64,000 nucleotides of DNA from Octopus vulgaris (taxonomy: Eukaryota): the NCBI GenBank assembly GCA_951406725.2, contig OX597831.1, positions 7,192,001-7,256,000 of the forward strand, given 5' to 3'. This document shows, in pieces, positions 1 to 14,060 of this stretch (positions are counted from its first letter, which is position 1; each line of letters opens with the position of its first letter). The position numbers were made by a program, and so were the translations under genes. The notes under the pieces are model-generated. The model made no database searches. It worked only from the letters and a program-made list of their open reading frames with translations, and was not told the origin of the DNA.

Positions 1-184
1 TAATTATAGGACAGCTGGATCAGAGCTGACTCAGGGCTAAACAATGACAACAGTTAGGTATAAAGTAAGAGAATTAAAAAGTTTTATGAAATTTTCTAAT
101 TATTGTGAAAATATAATAAAGGAAGTCAACTGAGCCGAATCTTCAGTGTCCTTCGCTGGAGCACGGCTTTGAAGTATATCGTTA

Positions 185-545
185 TCATTGTTCGACCGTG
201 GTCGAGACAATGGAATTTACTATGTTATGCCAGACTTCATGGTCCATCATAGCATTATGGGGGTCCCGTCGCTGGATGCCTGTATCCCTGGAGATTACAT
301 CAGGGTAGGAGAGTGTGCGCACTCTGGTATCGCGAGCAGATGGCTTCCAGAGGAGAAGAGTAGAAATTACCTCGTTTTCAGCTCTACAACAATGTCCAGC
401 AAACTGGACTCTTCTACCTTTCACAAGAGATGATACAGGTGGTAGTTTCCCATATATTTGTACTTTGGTTGGATGACTCTTCCACGAGAGATTTTGAGCT
501 CTCATAAGGAGGCAAGTGTAAGTTCCATCCAACCGCCTCTCAAGT
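185..545 (-). mobile_element. 3' fragment of RTE/RTEX-type non-LTR retrotransposon (C-terminal end of ORF2)
   Basis: ORF 185..532 reads RRVQFAGHCCR...LLLWKP...LSYPDVISRDTG...MMDHEVW, the post-RT C-terminal pattern of RTE/RTEX LINEs; 5'-truncated. Confidence 0.75.
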
Positions 546-974
546 ATATAGATACAACCTCACATGTAGTCTTCTAAAACTTTATCTAAGAAGGTCTAAT
601 CAAGTTTAGCAGGTCTTCAAAAAATAAAAAAAAGGGGGGTTCTTGAAGAAAATAAATGACAGCAAAAAATTTACATCTATATAGGTATTCTCTCTATTAA
701 CAATGATAATGCAGAACCCATTAGCATTCTTCTGTTCTTTAGTATATCTCATTTTCATCATGCTACCCAGGAGAAATAATAGAAATGCTGACATTTTGTT
801 AATGAATGGCTCACTTCCAAGGAAACTATGAGATACATCAACAGGAGGATATTAATATATTTCATGATCTATTTCCCTTGGATATTAAATTCTTGGTCAT
901 TACCATTGATATTACTGTCAAGGGAAATTATGAAAATATTGTCTCAAAGTATAAAAATCATTTTGAAAAAAAAA

Positions 975-1285
975 AAAAATTCTTCAATGGTTACAGGTCC
1001 GATACTGGTACTTATTCTATTGGTTCCTTTTGCCAAACTGCTAAGTTATGGGGGACATAAACAAACCAACACTGGTTGTCAAGCAGTGGGGGTGGGGTAA
1101 ATACAGAAATACACACACACACGACAGGCTTCTTTCAGTTTCCACATACTAAATCCACTCACAAGGCTTTGGTAGGCCCAAGGCTGTATAGTAGAAGACA
1201 CTTGCTCAAGGTGCCACACAGTGAGACTGAACCTAGAACTACGTGGTTAGGAAACAAGCTTCCTACCACACAGCGACATCTATGC
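975..1285 (-). mobile_element. tRNA/CORE-type SINE, family C
   Basis: Reverse complement of GCTGTGTGGTAGGAAGCTTG...GGTTCAGTCTCACTGTGTGGCACCTTGAGCAAGTGTCTTCTAC...AGCCTTGTGAGTGGATTT; same family recurs at 13.8, 17.2, 21.5, 24.4, 33.5, 34.1 and 51.6 kb. Confidence 0.7.
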
Positions 1286-1579
1286 CTATACTGTAACTTT
1301 TCCTTATTGTAAAGGCCTGACTGAGACAATAGAATCTACTGATACAGATGTATGTGACCCTTCTTAGACTAGAATAAAAGAACACTGAAAATCAGGAAAA
1401 AAAGAGGAAATATATATACACTAGGAATAACAAGAAGAACGTGTTGAGAGAGAGAGAGAGGGAGAGAGAGAGAGAGGGGGGAGAATGACATCAGAATGAA
1501 GGGTAAAGGTTTAAAATGATGAAAAGCCATTCAGTGAAGCCAGCCCAGATTCTAATATGATATGACAAGAAGTAGATTC

Positions 1580-1775
1580 TCCTCCATTGTTGTGCAACCT
1601 GCTAGAAACAGCAGCCAAATCTTTCTCAAATCACACAATCCATTGTTTCAAAAAGAGAAAAAAATGACAAATTGGATGACAAGAAAGACTGGATGAGATG
1701 GTCATGGTTAAGATTCCTTTGATATCAAATTTGTCTGCTTGATCAGAGCTGACTTGGTGCTAAGTAACAACAGTG
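1580..1775 (+). repeat. Short interspersed repeat, family E (GCTAGAAATAGCAGCCAAAT...GATGGTCATGG...GATCAGAGCTGAC)
   Basis: Same motifs at 1-50, 28205-28250, 36190-36385, 41100-41310, 42065-42290 and (reverse) 53580-53680. Confidence 0.55.
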
Positions 1776-2230
1776 ACCAAGATGTGGCTGCCATTTAATT
1801 TGCATCTTCCAAATATGAACAAAGATCTTAACTGTGGCAGAATTGGGAGGAATGTTGAAATCTGTTGTAAGAAAGAATTTCGATTAGGAATTCAACAGAT
1901 TATGGTATTTGGATTAGGATGTTTTGAATAAAACCATGAATGTATTCGTTAAGGCAAAGATAGAACAGAGAAACAAAAATTTGTAATTATTTTACTAATA
2001 ACCAATATCAAAAATTTTAATACAAAACTGGATATAACAGATAAAATGTCATTTCGGTTCTTAAATTTCAAATGTACTTTTTATAGATAAATATCCATGT
2101 ATTGTAAAAAATGTAACCATATTTATTGGAATATTATAAATTCTGACTTGTTGCTTTTTCAATTTAGTCAATGTGTTCAAACAAAAATAATGCTATGTAC
2201 CATCACATTAGCAACTATAAAGGGTATTAA

Positions 2231-2449
2231 CCCTTTAGTATTTAAACTGGCCATATCCGGCCAAAATAGTTAATCTGTTCTATGTTCAAACTGACCAGAT
2301 CCAGGCTCTCACACCTACCCTACAATGTTATTCTACATTAAGTAATTACACCGTCAAGTTCTTGAAGATATGAGATAATGCATGATTAATTAAAATCAAT
2401 GGGAATCAATAGGCATTATGTTTGATTGAATAATCTGAACACTAAAGGG
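2231..2449. mobile_element. piggyBac-like MITE (TTAA target, CCCTTTAG...CTAAAGGG termini), copy 1
   Basis: TTAA at 2227-2230 and 2450-2453 flanks inverted termini; 219 bp; homologous to copies at 17598 and 23393. Confidence 0.85.
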
Positions 2450-2508
2450 TTAAACAGCCTTCATTCAGCAGTATGATACTTCTCTCTTTCTCTCTCACAT
2501 ACATACAT

Positions 2509-2548
<40 letters not shown>

Positions 2549-2864
2549 TTGACTTCAAAGAAATAAAAGATTGAGAAAACCATGAAAGTATTCAATTCCG
2601 ATATGGTGAAACAAACTAACAAATCATTGTGTTGCTTTAGATATTTTACTTCAATACTAAACAACAGTAGCCATTATATTTGGCTTTGTAAACGTTCTTG
2701 CTGAAGTTATATTTAAAGTTTAGGGAAGAGTATTTAGCAATGTTTAGGGAAAGAAATAAAGAAGAGCTGATAAAATTTAGAAAAGGATTTCAAGTGAGGG
2801 TAAAACAAACTTCTGAGAGTCGATATACAAACAAGAAGAAAAAATTATGTTCAGGGTTAAACAG

Positions 2865-3103
2865 TCATCATCATCATCATCATCGTTTAACGTCTGTTTT
2901 CCATGCTGGCATGAGTTGGACGGTTCGACTGGGGTCTGGGAAGCCAGGAAGCTGCACCAGGCTCCAGTCTGATCTGGCAGTGTTTCTACAGGTGGATGCC
3001 CTTTGTAACGCTAACCACTCCATGAATGTAGTGGGTGCTTTTTTATGTGTCACTGGCACAGAGACCAGAGGGGGCTGGCATTGACCACAATCGGATGGTG
3101 CTT
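2865..3103 (-). mobile_element. (GAT)n-tailed retroposon/SINE, family A
   Basis: (CAT)n CGTTTAACGTC...CCATGCT...GGATGCCCTT..TAACGC.AACCACTCC; more than 10 copies in the window. Confidence 0.8.
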
Positions 3104-5689
3104 GTAAGTCAGAATTTTTCCTGACCAAGTAAACACCTTTTATTTCTATTTTTGAGCAGTATTGAGGATATTGGGAATCAAAGAAGAGTTTCAGTTGAAG
3201 ATGAGAGAAAATGATTTCATAAAGAGATTAGAAATTAGACTTAAGAGAAATTCAACAAATGTCCAGAACAGAAGTTATGGAATTTATATTGTTTAACAAC
3301 ATGGAAATTATAAGAAATATTAAGAGAAAATTATTCCAATTATGTTGGAAATGCTGTCTCTGATATGGAAATTGTTTATGAGAAGGCAGTACCACTGACC
3401 ATTTACAGGGCCTCTAAGACAGGTAGGAGGGAGGGAAGTACTGCCAGACAGGACGCCTGGCCTGAATGCTTACAACAGAGTGGACTCCTCTGCCAAAAAG
3501 ACCCGAGGTGGTGGTGGTGGAGGTGTTTACCTGGATAATGGATTAAGTCTATCACCCATCAACAGTGGGATGAATATTTATCATTGAGAGATCTTTTTTA
3601 AAAAAAAAAAAGATATGGATTAAAAGGAGATGAGGCAGATCTTTGAACATGATTGGATACAGTGAGGACATTAGAAAAGCCTCTGACTGAATTTGTTTTG
3701 TTTTTGTAATTTATAAAAAACAATTTCAACAAATGATTCATTCATACTCTACATTTTATAAAACAGCTGTGTAACAACAATTGGTTTCATAACGGGGTTT
3801 TGAAGTTTGAAGCTGTTTGTAGAGCATATAAAAAAATATATCATTCCAGTAATTTTAAAACTAGTTTTGATGAGCACAGGAAAAAGAAATCAAGAAATTC
3901 AAGAAATAGTAAAAATTGTTCTTTCTTTCTTCCGACTGGATCTGGTTCAAGAGGAAGTGTGTATGAGTGTGTGTGTGAATGAATCATAAGAGGTTACAAG
4001 TATGTTCGTGTCTGTGTGTGTGTGTTGTGACATGATCTTCAAAGACCAGCAGCTTCAAGACAAGCACTAAGAGCAATGTCAAGACCTATTTATAGCCTCT
4101 GTAAACCTCTCCAAAGCAATTTAACGCTGCATCAAAGGATGCTGTAATGGGAGGTCCTCAGGTTTGGCTCTCTCAAAAAATGAATATATTCTACCGATTC
4201 CATTTTGGGATAACTGATTGGGTGACCACAGGAGGATATGAGTACAACCCCAGGTGTGAGGCAGGTTTGGCTACAAGCAATAATACTCTTTAATGTGTGC
4301 CACAAGGCTCCTCAAAGATGAGATTGTGGACAGCAGTGGTGTGGCAGTGGGCTTGAGACTAGACAGCAACGTTGCTAACATCAAGAGGTTTCATACAATT
4401 ACCAAAATCCTGTAGAGAATAGGTCCTGTGGCTGCAATATGCAAATGACTGTGGTTTTGAGACCCATATTCAGGAAGACCTTCAGGCAGTGCTACTGGAC
4501 TCTGCTAGCTCACTGCCTCTCGACACAGGTCAGCAGTCAGTTAATTTGACCCCAGATCTCATCTAATACTTTAATTTATCAATCTAGAAACATGTGAGGC
4601 AACATAGGCCTTGATTGTCCATTGCTCTAACAATTCTGCTAATCTACAGCTTCTGGCATGACAATTGTTAATTCCAAAAGTACAAGAGTCAAGAACAATG
4701 TAAATTAGCAGACAAGGGAGATATTTTTTCTTCTTGGGAATCGGAATTGGACACCTCTATACTTCTAACACTGGCACACAAGACATCCAAAAGTTGTGTT
4801 GTGTTGAGGAGAGCAGATGGGATGATGTTTGAGAGGGTATTTGGTGGAACTCAAAGAATAATGATTTTGAGGAGTATAATTAGTCAAGGAATTGAAACTG
4901 GTAGAAACAAAGTAGAGATGGGAAATAAAAGAAGTGGCAAAGTAGGTAATGAAAGAGTTAACGCCAATAAAGTGGACTGATTTACCCATCATCACTACAC
5001 AATATGGACATTCAACTAATTCCTTGCCATTTTTGTAGAAGAAATATGAATTTGGCAAAAGGCTAGAACACAGTGACTGCATTAAAAAGAGAATTTAAAA
5101 ATAGAAAATTAAAATACTTCCCTATCTTCTAATATAATCTAAGAAAAATGTCAGATCGTGCCAAAAGATTGCTAGTGTATGAACAGTATTAAAATTTGAA
5201 AATTAAATCATTTCTCTTGGCAAACCTTACAGGGTATTGGCTTTATGACACTTGAAAAAGTGTCTGAAGATTACAATTTTGGATTTTATTCTTGGTAATT
5301 TCACTGAAATTAGGAATGAAATATATTTGGGTGTGATGGCTGTTGTAAAATGAACATTTGCATATTTGTTGAATAATTGGTTTAACAGTTGTATGCTCTT
5401 CCTATCACTAACAAACTGTTAATTAAGGAACTGGAACTGTTTTATCAGTCAGGTAGAGTAATGTGATTTTCTTATGAATCAAATAATGCCTGTAACAAAA
5501 CTTGAACTCATGACCTTGTGATTCAGACCCTTAGCATCAGTGGTTGTGATTATAATTTGCAACAGAATAAGTTATTTAAAAAATGAGTTTTATTTCTTTT
5601 CCTTTGCGATATTTTACAACTAAAAGTTACTTTTATGGATATCAATCTTTCCTCTGTAAATATCCTCCAAAAAACAAAAGAATACTCAC

Positions 5690-5749
5690 CAAATCCTCTT
5701 GAGTTTGAACAAGGTAACTTTCCATTGTTTTTAGATAATCCAGGTACAT
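5690..5749 (-). CDS. Candidate first coding segment MYLDYLKTMESYLVQTQEDL of an unidentified protein; gene probably continues left of the window
   Basis: ATG at 5749 opens exactly 20 codons ending flush (phase 0) at the GTGAGT donor; second in-frame ATG; no family recognised. Confidence 0.4.
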
Positions 5750-5909
5750 CTGACTTTAAATTTCACAAGTAGTAAGGATAGCCATTCCTCTAGCAAAGGC
5801 TGGATCATATACAAGTAATATCCGAATAGAGTAGTTACAATCCAATGGTGATTAGAGTTAGGGTCACATAATTATGTCCAAGTTTAATATTCTGGAATAT
5901 ATTCAAAGT
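5690..5909 (-). other. Spliced exon (220 nt) of a minus-strand gene, mostly 5' UTR
   Basis: Minus strand: long poly-T tract then TTTCAG|ACTTTG acceptor (AG at 5911-5910) and TTTG|GTGAGT donor (GT at 5689-5688); unique non-repetitive sequence; stops in all three frames from the acceptor. Confidence 0.7.
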
Positions 5910-8767
5910 CTGAAAAAAAAAAAAAAAAAAATATTATTCAATAATGATTAATTTAGAATGTTACAACTCATTCATTATGTCTGTTTTTCTATACTAGCAT
6001 GGGTTAGGTAAATACATATTAGTTGAGCATTAGGGAGTTTTCATTTGAAAGTTCAAAGCTAAAAAATGATTTGTTTATAAGGAAATGTCAATAAATGTTA
6101 CTGCACACAATTCAGGGATTTTTTTCAGAGCAGTACACACACAAAGTTTATAAATTTAAAAATAAAACTACAAACAAAATCGGTGTACATGATACATTAC
6201 AGTATTTTTTAAAAAACTTTTAGAATATCATTCAAAGAAAAACATTTAGTTTCATATTAATTATAAAGTAGATTAATTGCTAATTAGCTGAGATCAGTGG
6301 TTTGTTTATTGATAAGTGGATATGTGTGCAAGTGAATCTGAAATGTTGATTCAAGTCAGCTTTCTCCACTGGTTTATCCAAAAGTGTAATCTTCTGCTGA
6401 ACCTTCAGATAAAATACTTCTCAGGAATTTGAGATATATTTTCTTGCAGGGGATAAGAATACTCTTAGCAGAAAAATTATATTTTTGAGGAATAATGGTG
6501 CATAGGTGGTTGGTGGGAATACTTAATGAAAGGGTGCAAAGTCCAGGGATAACCCGTTTTTAGGAACATGTTAATACCATTTATGATAAGGAACTCAGAG
6601 TACCAGTCTCTGTGTTGGTATATTTTATTAAAAACAATGAGTCAACAAAATAAACTTCCTAATATCCAAAGACAAAAAAGGGACTCTTTAGATAACAAGG
6701 AATTGCTCTTTATATGGCAGAAAAACAGACAAATGGGCAGAAAGGTGGCCAGACTGATTGATTCAAGATGGTAAGGGTGTGTGGAGGTGAAGATAGTAGT
6801 TGGTGATGGTGGTGACAATGTTGATGGTGTTATGAAGAGGATGGAGCTGATGATGATGATGATGATGAGAATAATGACAGAAATTGAGGTGAAGTTGGAG
6901 TTGGTGTTGATGATGGTGACGGAATTGCTTTCCACCCTACTGTACCCCTTACAGTGTGTAGAGATTGTCCTGATGTATTTATGACTCTTAATCAAAAGTT
7001 TTGACTTTAAGAGTCCCTCCTAGCGTGAGGCATTTATGTATAGCAATGCCCTTAATATAAGTACACACACACACACACAGAGTTAGGACTGGCAGATGGT
7101 AAGAGCTGCTTTTACGAGACCCTTTTGCAGACTACATCAACAATAATTACAATGGCCTCATCATTGCATGGCCTGTTTATATTGTATCCTACAAAATTGC
7201 TAATCCTTCAAGTCCACACTGTACCTGTTGGCCAACTACTTATATATTTTCCCTGACTAGTACCACCATAATATGTTGTTCCGATTTTTTTTCTTTCTAA
7301 TTTTGTTATATATTGTGATGCATATATGCCATTTGAATATGGCTAACCCAAAAGGGTGGATGCTACTGTAGTTTGTAGCCCCAGGAAGACACCGACTCCC
7401 TCTGGCTATAGACACACTATCTGTGTCCTGTCAGTATTTGTGAAGGGGAGTCATCCTCCCCGTCTTCAACACATGATACACATGTACTCGAGTTTCAAGG
7501 TGTTTACCTTTCATCAACGTGTGACAATCATGGTTGTCGACGAGAAGTCAGATTCCTTCACAAATACACAATTCCTTCAAATGGCATATATGCATCACGT
7601 TGTGTTACCGCTACTGTTTATAACTCGCTCTGAGATTTGTCTTTGTTATATATTACTCCTTCATAAATCCACTAAACGCATTCCCCTCCATTCCTCCCAT
7701 CTACTTCATTTTGTTCCAACTTCTGTTCTGTCTACATTTTCTCCTTTTCCATTGATCTTCAGAAATTGAAACTAAGGCTTCTATCGTGTTCACCTTATTC
7801 AATCTGCCATGTTATATAAGAAAAAGGCTGAAAATGTAATGGGGGTCCTCATCTATCTCATCAGATTAACCTACGAAAATAATAGGCTTTCAGGTTAGAT
7901 AAAGAAAGGGCTGTCAGGTGATTGAGGAGTTACGTAACAAATGTAGACTAAATAATGTGAACTTGATAATTGTGCCCCCAGGGAAAATGCTAAAACATTC
8001 AGGAACATGAAGATGCAGAGCAGCAGATTGGAAACTAATTAACCAATTCCCATTTTCTCAAATAAAACAATAATTAAAGTTCAACAGAAACAAACTGTTT
8101 CCCTCTTCACCCTGTTTCTTCCCAGTCTTTCTCTTCACATTTAGTTCTTGTTTTGTCATATTTTTCTCTATGTTTTAGTGTTATTTTCATTGAAATTTAA
8201 ATTAAAACAGGAAATTTTAATTTTATATCTTTTTATAGTTGAATTGATTTTTTGATAGATTTTTTGAACAGCTATTTGTATGGTTTCCTTTAATTATCAT
8301 TAAATTAATGACTGTGTGTGTGCAAAGTTTGTACATAAATGACAGCACGTATAATAACCACTATTGTAACCACAGCCAAGACACTTATTACTTTCAGTTC
8401 ATAAAACACGTTTTACATAATTATTAAAACGAACAATTAGTTAATTCAGGTTATAACTGTGTCACCTTTGGTCAGCTGAGATAGTTGTTATCCTCGTTTC
8501 TAGGTCAATGATGACAGTTTTGTTTATAGTGTCAGAGATATGGCTAAAGATTTACTTTACATGTGGGATTTAGAGTTCTAAAATCACTTTATTTACATCA
8601 TTTCTGCATTTGAAAAAGGAAGGAATGAGCAATTGGGTGTTTCTCTATTTTTGAGTGGATGTTTTTTAGATTGGTCAGCTATGGTAGATATTTTTAATCT
8701 GTGTTCCCACACTACTCAATAACATGGAGGCATCATCATAGAAATAATTATGTACTACTACTACTAC

Positions 8768-8807
<40 letters not shown>

Positions 8808-8814
8808 GTAATAA

Positions 8815-9023
8815 TCCTTTCTACTAAAGGCACAAAGCCTGACATTTTGGGGGAGGGGACTAGTCAATTACATTGATCCCAGTATTTCACTGGTACTTAT
8901 TTTATTGACTCCAAAAGTCGACCTCAGTGGAATTTGAACTCAGAATGTAAAGATGGACAAAATGCTGCTAAGCATTTCGCCCAGCAATCTAATGATTTTT
9001 GCCAACTCACCACCTTAAACAAG

Positions 9024-9054
<31 letters not shown>

Positions 9055-9225
9055 TTCAAATTTTGCCACGATGACAGTGAGTTTGGGGGGAGAGGATGAG
9101 TCGATTACACTGACCCCAGTGTTTAACTGGTACTTATTTCATTGACCCTGAAAGGATAAAAGGCAAAGTTGACCTCGGTGGGATTTGAACTCAGAACATA
9201 GTGAAGGGCGAAATACCACTACTAG
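8815..9225 (-). mobile_element. Two tandem decayed copies of tRNA-derived SINE family B (Deu/Nin-domain-like core), separated by (AAT)n
   Basis: Reverse complement of GTTCTGAGTTCAAATTCC.CCGAGGTC.ACTTT...GTC.AT.AAT.AGTACCAG. Confidence 0.7.
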
Positions 9226-9499
9226 AGTATCAATACAGTAATCATTGTAAAGAAATATGTATTTAGAGCATTATATTTATACATAACTCATGCTGTATCA
9301 TTGCTAAACTAGGAACTCATACATGGTCATTGACAGTGTAACATTGTGTAATGTTACAACAAGACCAAATAAAATAAACCTTTTATTTGGTCTTGTATTA
9401 ACTATATGACTCAATATAGATATTTACTGTTATAATGTCTATAGTAAAATTTGAACTTAGGATCCTAACAGATACTGCAAAATTTGAGCAGTGGCTTAC

Positions 9500-9617
9500 C
9501 TGACTGGCATATCAGTTTTAAAAGTTCTCGATGAATCAAACCATTCATTTATAAAATAATTTCTACTAATGCATGACTAGAAATAGTTCATCTATTTAGA
9601 AATTATCATATTGCATT
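9500..9617 (-). other. Candidate additional non-coding (5' UTR) exon, 118 nt
   Basis: Minus strand TATTTTCAG|AATG acceptor and TCAG|GTAAGC donor; motif evidence only. Confidence 0.3.
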
Positions 9618-11024
9618 CTGAAAATAGCTTATGCCATACAAGAGCCACAATCCATTATAAAAGAGACTTTTTTCATCTTCGTTGCTAATATTTCATTTCC
9701 TATTTCAGCTGTGAATAATTCACAGAACATGACTTCTTTGTATTTCTCTGCTGATCAGACAAGCATTAATTTTTTAATAATTTTTCGTTTTTATCTATGA
9801 ATCAATTCCTAAATACTACTTGTTCTTTCATAAGAATTTAATTTGATCTTGCATTTATTTTCTAACAGAATATTTCCGTCTTTTCTCTGAAGTTAACACA
9901 TTTTAAAGAAGCATTTCTTTAAAGAATTATCCATTCCACAGCCTGGTTACCAATAATTAAAATACAGTGGACAAATTCTGTTATTGGACAGTTATTTCAA
10001 TTATTGAATTGATGATCCTTATTAAGAAGCTCAAGAAAGTCAACAGTTCTAGATTATAGACTAAATTAGATGCCTACCAAAATGTAGTAGAAAGCATCAC
10101 TGAACAACAAAGAATTGAATGGCTGGATATGTTTTTCACAGCAGGGAATCAGAAACAAATAATTATCTAAGATAAAGGATCTCATTATCTTTAACACTAA
10201 CTTCAGTCAGTCAGTGAACTGGTGATGAGCTGCTGCTGCTGCTGCTTAGCTGAGATAAAACTTCATAACAGATAAATTCTAACATTAAGTGATTGTTAGT
10301 GAGGATAGTATAACAAATTTCTTTTGATACAAAAAACTACTTTCTGAAGACAATGAGTTGACTGAATCTTACCCCATTATACTATCAGGCCTTGTTTTAT
10401 TGTTGCTGAAAGATTGAAGGGGGGGAACCCAACTGAATGTTTTTTTTTTAACTCAGAAGACTGGATAAAAATAAATAAAGTAAGGAATTTACATTCTTTC
10501 ACTTCAACCAAGTCAAATACTAAGGATCATTTTGTATTGTAGTGAAACCGAGAAATAAAACCCCCAAATTTTCAGTTACCAGCACAGTCTACACACAAAC
10601 CAGGTCACATGTCCTGGTTATCAACCAATCAGCTAACAGAAACATCATGCCATACAGTAGAACATACTATGAGTTTCGAGAAGTTCCCGCACTTTACACA
10701 GTATAAAAGAGAAAGTCTGCCAGGATCAACAAGAGCATGGTCCTACAAGAGTATGGTCCTACAAGAGCATAAGCAACTAACCTTTACAATGTCGAGTTTT
10801 TCTTTGCTGCAATTCAGACCAGAATAGAAGGGAATTCGATGGACAAACACTGTTCCTCTGGCCTCTCAAGCAACACTAATCTTTTCTGTTTGGAATTTGA
10901 TTATGGCAAAGTTCAATTCTAGCTTTCTACAATACACTATTGGCAACTACAGGAAAACTTTCATGTAAAAATGTAAGTATTATAATTATCTTCACCACTA
11001 TCATCATTATTTAATGTCCACGTT

Positions 11025-11230
11025 ATTGCAGACAGAGGACTGCACTAATCTTCACTGTCTGTTTTGGCAAGATTTTTAAAGCTCGCTGCCCTTCCTAATA
11101 CCAACCACCTTGCAGAGTGTACAGGGTGCTTCTTATGTGGCACCAGCCATGGGTGCTTTATACATGGCACCAGCACGGGTGCTTCTTATGTGGCACCAGC
11201 ACAGGTGCTTTTTACATGGCACCGGCAATT
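11025..11230 (-). mobile_element. Decayed family A retroposon with three short internal units (GGTGCTT..ATGTGGCACCAGC)
   Basis: TGCCCTTCCTAATACCAACCAC core plus tandem units. Confidence 0.55.
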
Positions 11231-11927
11231 TTATAACAATGAATACAAAAGGCATCGGAGGGGCGAAGCATACCCTGCATGCAGATAAATTTTTCCACAA
11301 GTTATAGTGTGGCTTACAATGCATTGCTTACCCATGCTTTTTAATTGAACTGAATTAAGCTTTGTAAGTGTTTGACTAAAAGAGGATTAGAAGCCTAAGT
11401 AGATGACAGCTAAAGGTAGACTTGATCAATGTCTACACCAAATGAGTAAAATTTGCATATGACTAAAGAAATGATTATTCAAATAATAATCATGATTATG
11501 AAAAAAAAAAAGTGAACAAAATGAAATACTTATAGAAAATATTGCATAGAATTTGAGAAGTGTTTTCAACATCTTTCAATAATGGCAAGCAAATCAAACA
11601 TACTGTAGTTCATTGTAGGCTATAACTAATATGACCACTTGCATATCGAGAAATTTGTAAGTTTGATTTTTAAAAAAGTTTTATCAATTTTTCTTAAGTA
11701 TCACTATTATAGGTATTTATACTCTGGTGAAATTAAGAAATCAACTCATAAATAAGCAAAACCCTCAAATCCACCACTGTACACACAGTCACACATCTAT
11801 GTAAATATTTATGCAAGTACCCACACGTCTCCATGCATAGGTACACCATGATCTATACACACACACAGATGAGAGTTAAATCAAATGATATATGTTTACA
11901 CACCCGTCTTTGTCTTTTTGTAAATTC

Positions 11928-11990
<63 letters not shown>

Positions 11991-12948
11991 TTGTGATGGT
12001 AAAATCAACAATAAAAGTACTCCATCTGGTGAGAGATAAATAGTATTTAATAGACATAATACATGCTTTTATGTGCTACTAATAGATTCTTGTGTTGAGA
12101 ACATGCCAAAACAGTGCATACTCAGCGTGCACATAAATTTTTTTGCAAAAAATCTGCAGTCAAAACATTTTCATTCAGCTGTCCCCCAGTTTTGAAGATA
12201 AACCAAATTTTCATTATTTTGAGCCACTTACTCAATGAGTATTTCTGCCAAATCTGGCGAAAATCCGTTCAGCTGTTTTCCAGTAATTTTGCAAACACAC
12301 AGACAAAGATGAGTGATTACAATATCCTGCTTTCAATAACACGTGCAGGGTAATAAAATGTATTTCAACAATGTTCATGTTTGGCTTTTTATGGGACAGC
12401 ATGCAGCTAACTTATACCAACCACCGATGATCCAAACAGCCAGCCAACAATAATAATGTGGTTGCAGTGTAATAAACTATATAGAGAAAAAACAACTAAC
12501 CACTGTTAATAAGATAATCAATTCTAATCCACAAACTAGATTTCTGCATGGAGCAGAATGACATGAGATAAAATGAATTGAGGACAGGGAAGAGCTAGGA
12601 GAAGAGAAAGATGGCATGTTAGAAGAGGAATATTAAGAGGATCCCAGATAAACATGAAAAGTGGTTTTAACAATGTTTCTGAATGTCTCACTTTAGGTTC
12701 CTCCGTTCTGGAAAGCAATTTCAACCAAAATCTCACCACTTGTTAGAAAGGAAAAGTTTAAAATTAAGAAATTAGGCAAACATTATTTTGACAACCCACA
12801 CCCCAGGGAGAACAGTATCAAATCTCTACTTACAATCCTACTAAACTGAAATTAATTTTAAACTGGGTTTTTTTTTAATATTCCAGCATAACTGGAAATG
12901 TTAATATTCTATGACTGCAAAACAAAGACGAAATAGGTTTATTATATA

Positions 12949-13234
12949 CAGAGTGCACCAAGTATTTGTGAACACGCTTTAGCAGGCCATAGAGGGAAAA
13001 CAACTGAACGTAATAATGTTAATAACATGTATCAAATTCTAACTTTCTCATTTCTTTTTCAGATATAACAACATCGTGTCCATATGGCAGATTCCAATCT
13101 GATACAGGACATGCAAAGGTGCACTTTGCTTGCAGCTCTAGCCACCGACCACAGTGAATCTGGAGATTACCAGTGTCTTGGAAGTATTGGGGATTTTCAT
13201 GATCAGGTTTGGAAGGGAGTCGGAGGCCTTAGGT

Positions 13235-13272
<38 letters not shown>

Positions 13273-13560
13273 ACACACACACACAGTTTGTGTCAAGTAA
13301 GATTTGGGAGAACTGTGTAATCATGTGACTTCAAACATCATAGGGATTTCTAGTTCCCCTGATTCTGATTTGAAATCCTTAGAGTCTATGTCTTGGACAC
13401 CAATGGAGTGGGAATGGCCACTGACATCATGGTGCTAAGGACTTGGGGACTGTGTCATGAGCATGGATGGCAGTATGGGCAAAGCCATCTGATCCTGGCA
13501 TGAAACGGTTTCCATGGCCACAGCAGGTTCTTCATCAATATACCTAACCATATGTGTGTC
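12949..13560 (+). mobile_element. Highly decayed Tc1/mariner-superfamily relic
   Basis: TA|CAGAGTGCACCAA terminus and SSPD..NPL...W-like remnant near 13350-13410; right boundary approximate. Confidence 0.35.
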
Positions 13561-13759
13561 GTTTTTCTACGAGTGTGTTGTTTTTATTTTTCCTAGTGTT
13601 TTCTTTTCAATTGTCTGCCATATTCTGGATATGTGACTAATAACCGAAATTAAAATATTTTGTATAAAATCAAAACACCTCTACCGCTAATTCTTCCCCC
13701 AATCAAAATTCCTCCCAGGGTCCCATGCTCCTCTCAACTGAGAAAAACTGGTTTATAAC

Positions 13760-14060
13760 AAATCAGTCTTAACTGTCTTGATTTTTACTTGTTTCTGTCA
13801 TTGGACTATGGCCATACTAGGGCACCATCTTGAAGAGTTTGGTCAAACACATCAACCTGGGACTTTAAGTCTAATACTTGTTCCATTAGTCTCTTTTGCT
13901 GAACTGTTAGGTAACAGAAATATAAACAAACCAGCACTGGTTGTCAAAAGCAACACACATATTCAATGGGCTTCTATACAGTTTCCATCAACCAAATTCA
14001 CTCACAAGGTATTGGTCAGCCTGGAGTTATAATAAAAATCACTTGCCCAAGGTGCCACAC
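13760..14060 (-). mobile_element. SINE family C copy
   Basis: CAGTTTCC...CCAAATTCACTCACAAGG...CACTTGCCCAAGGTGCCACAC. Confidence 0.65.
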
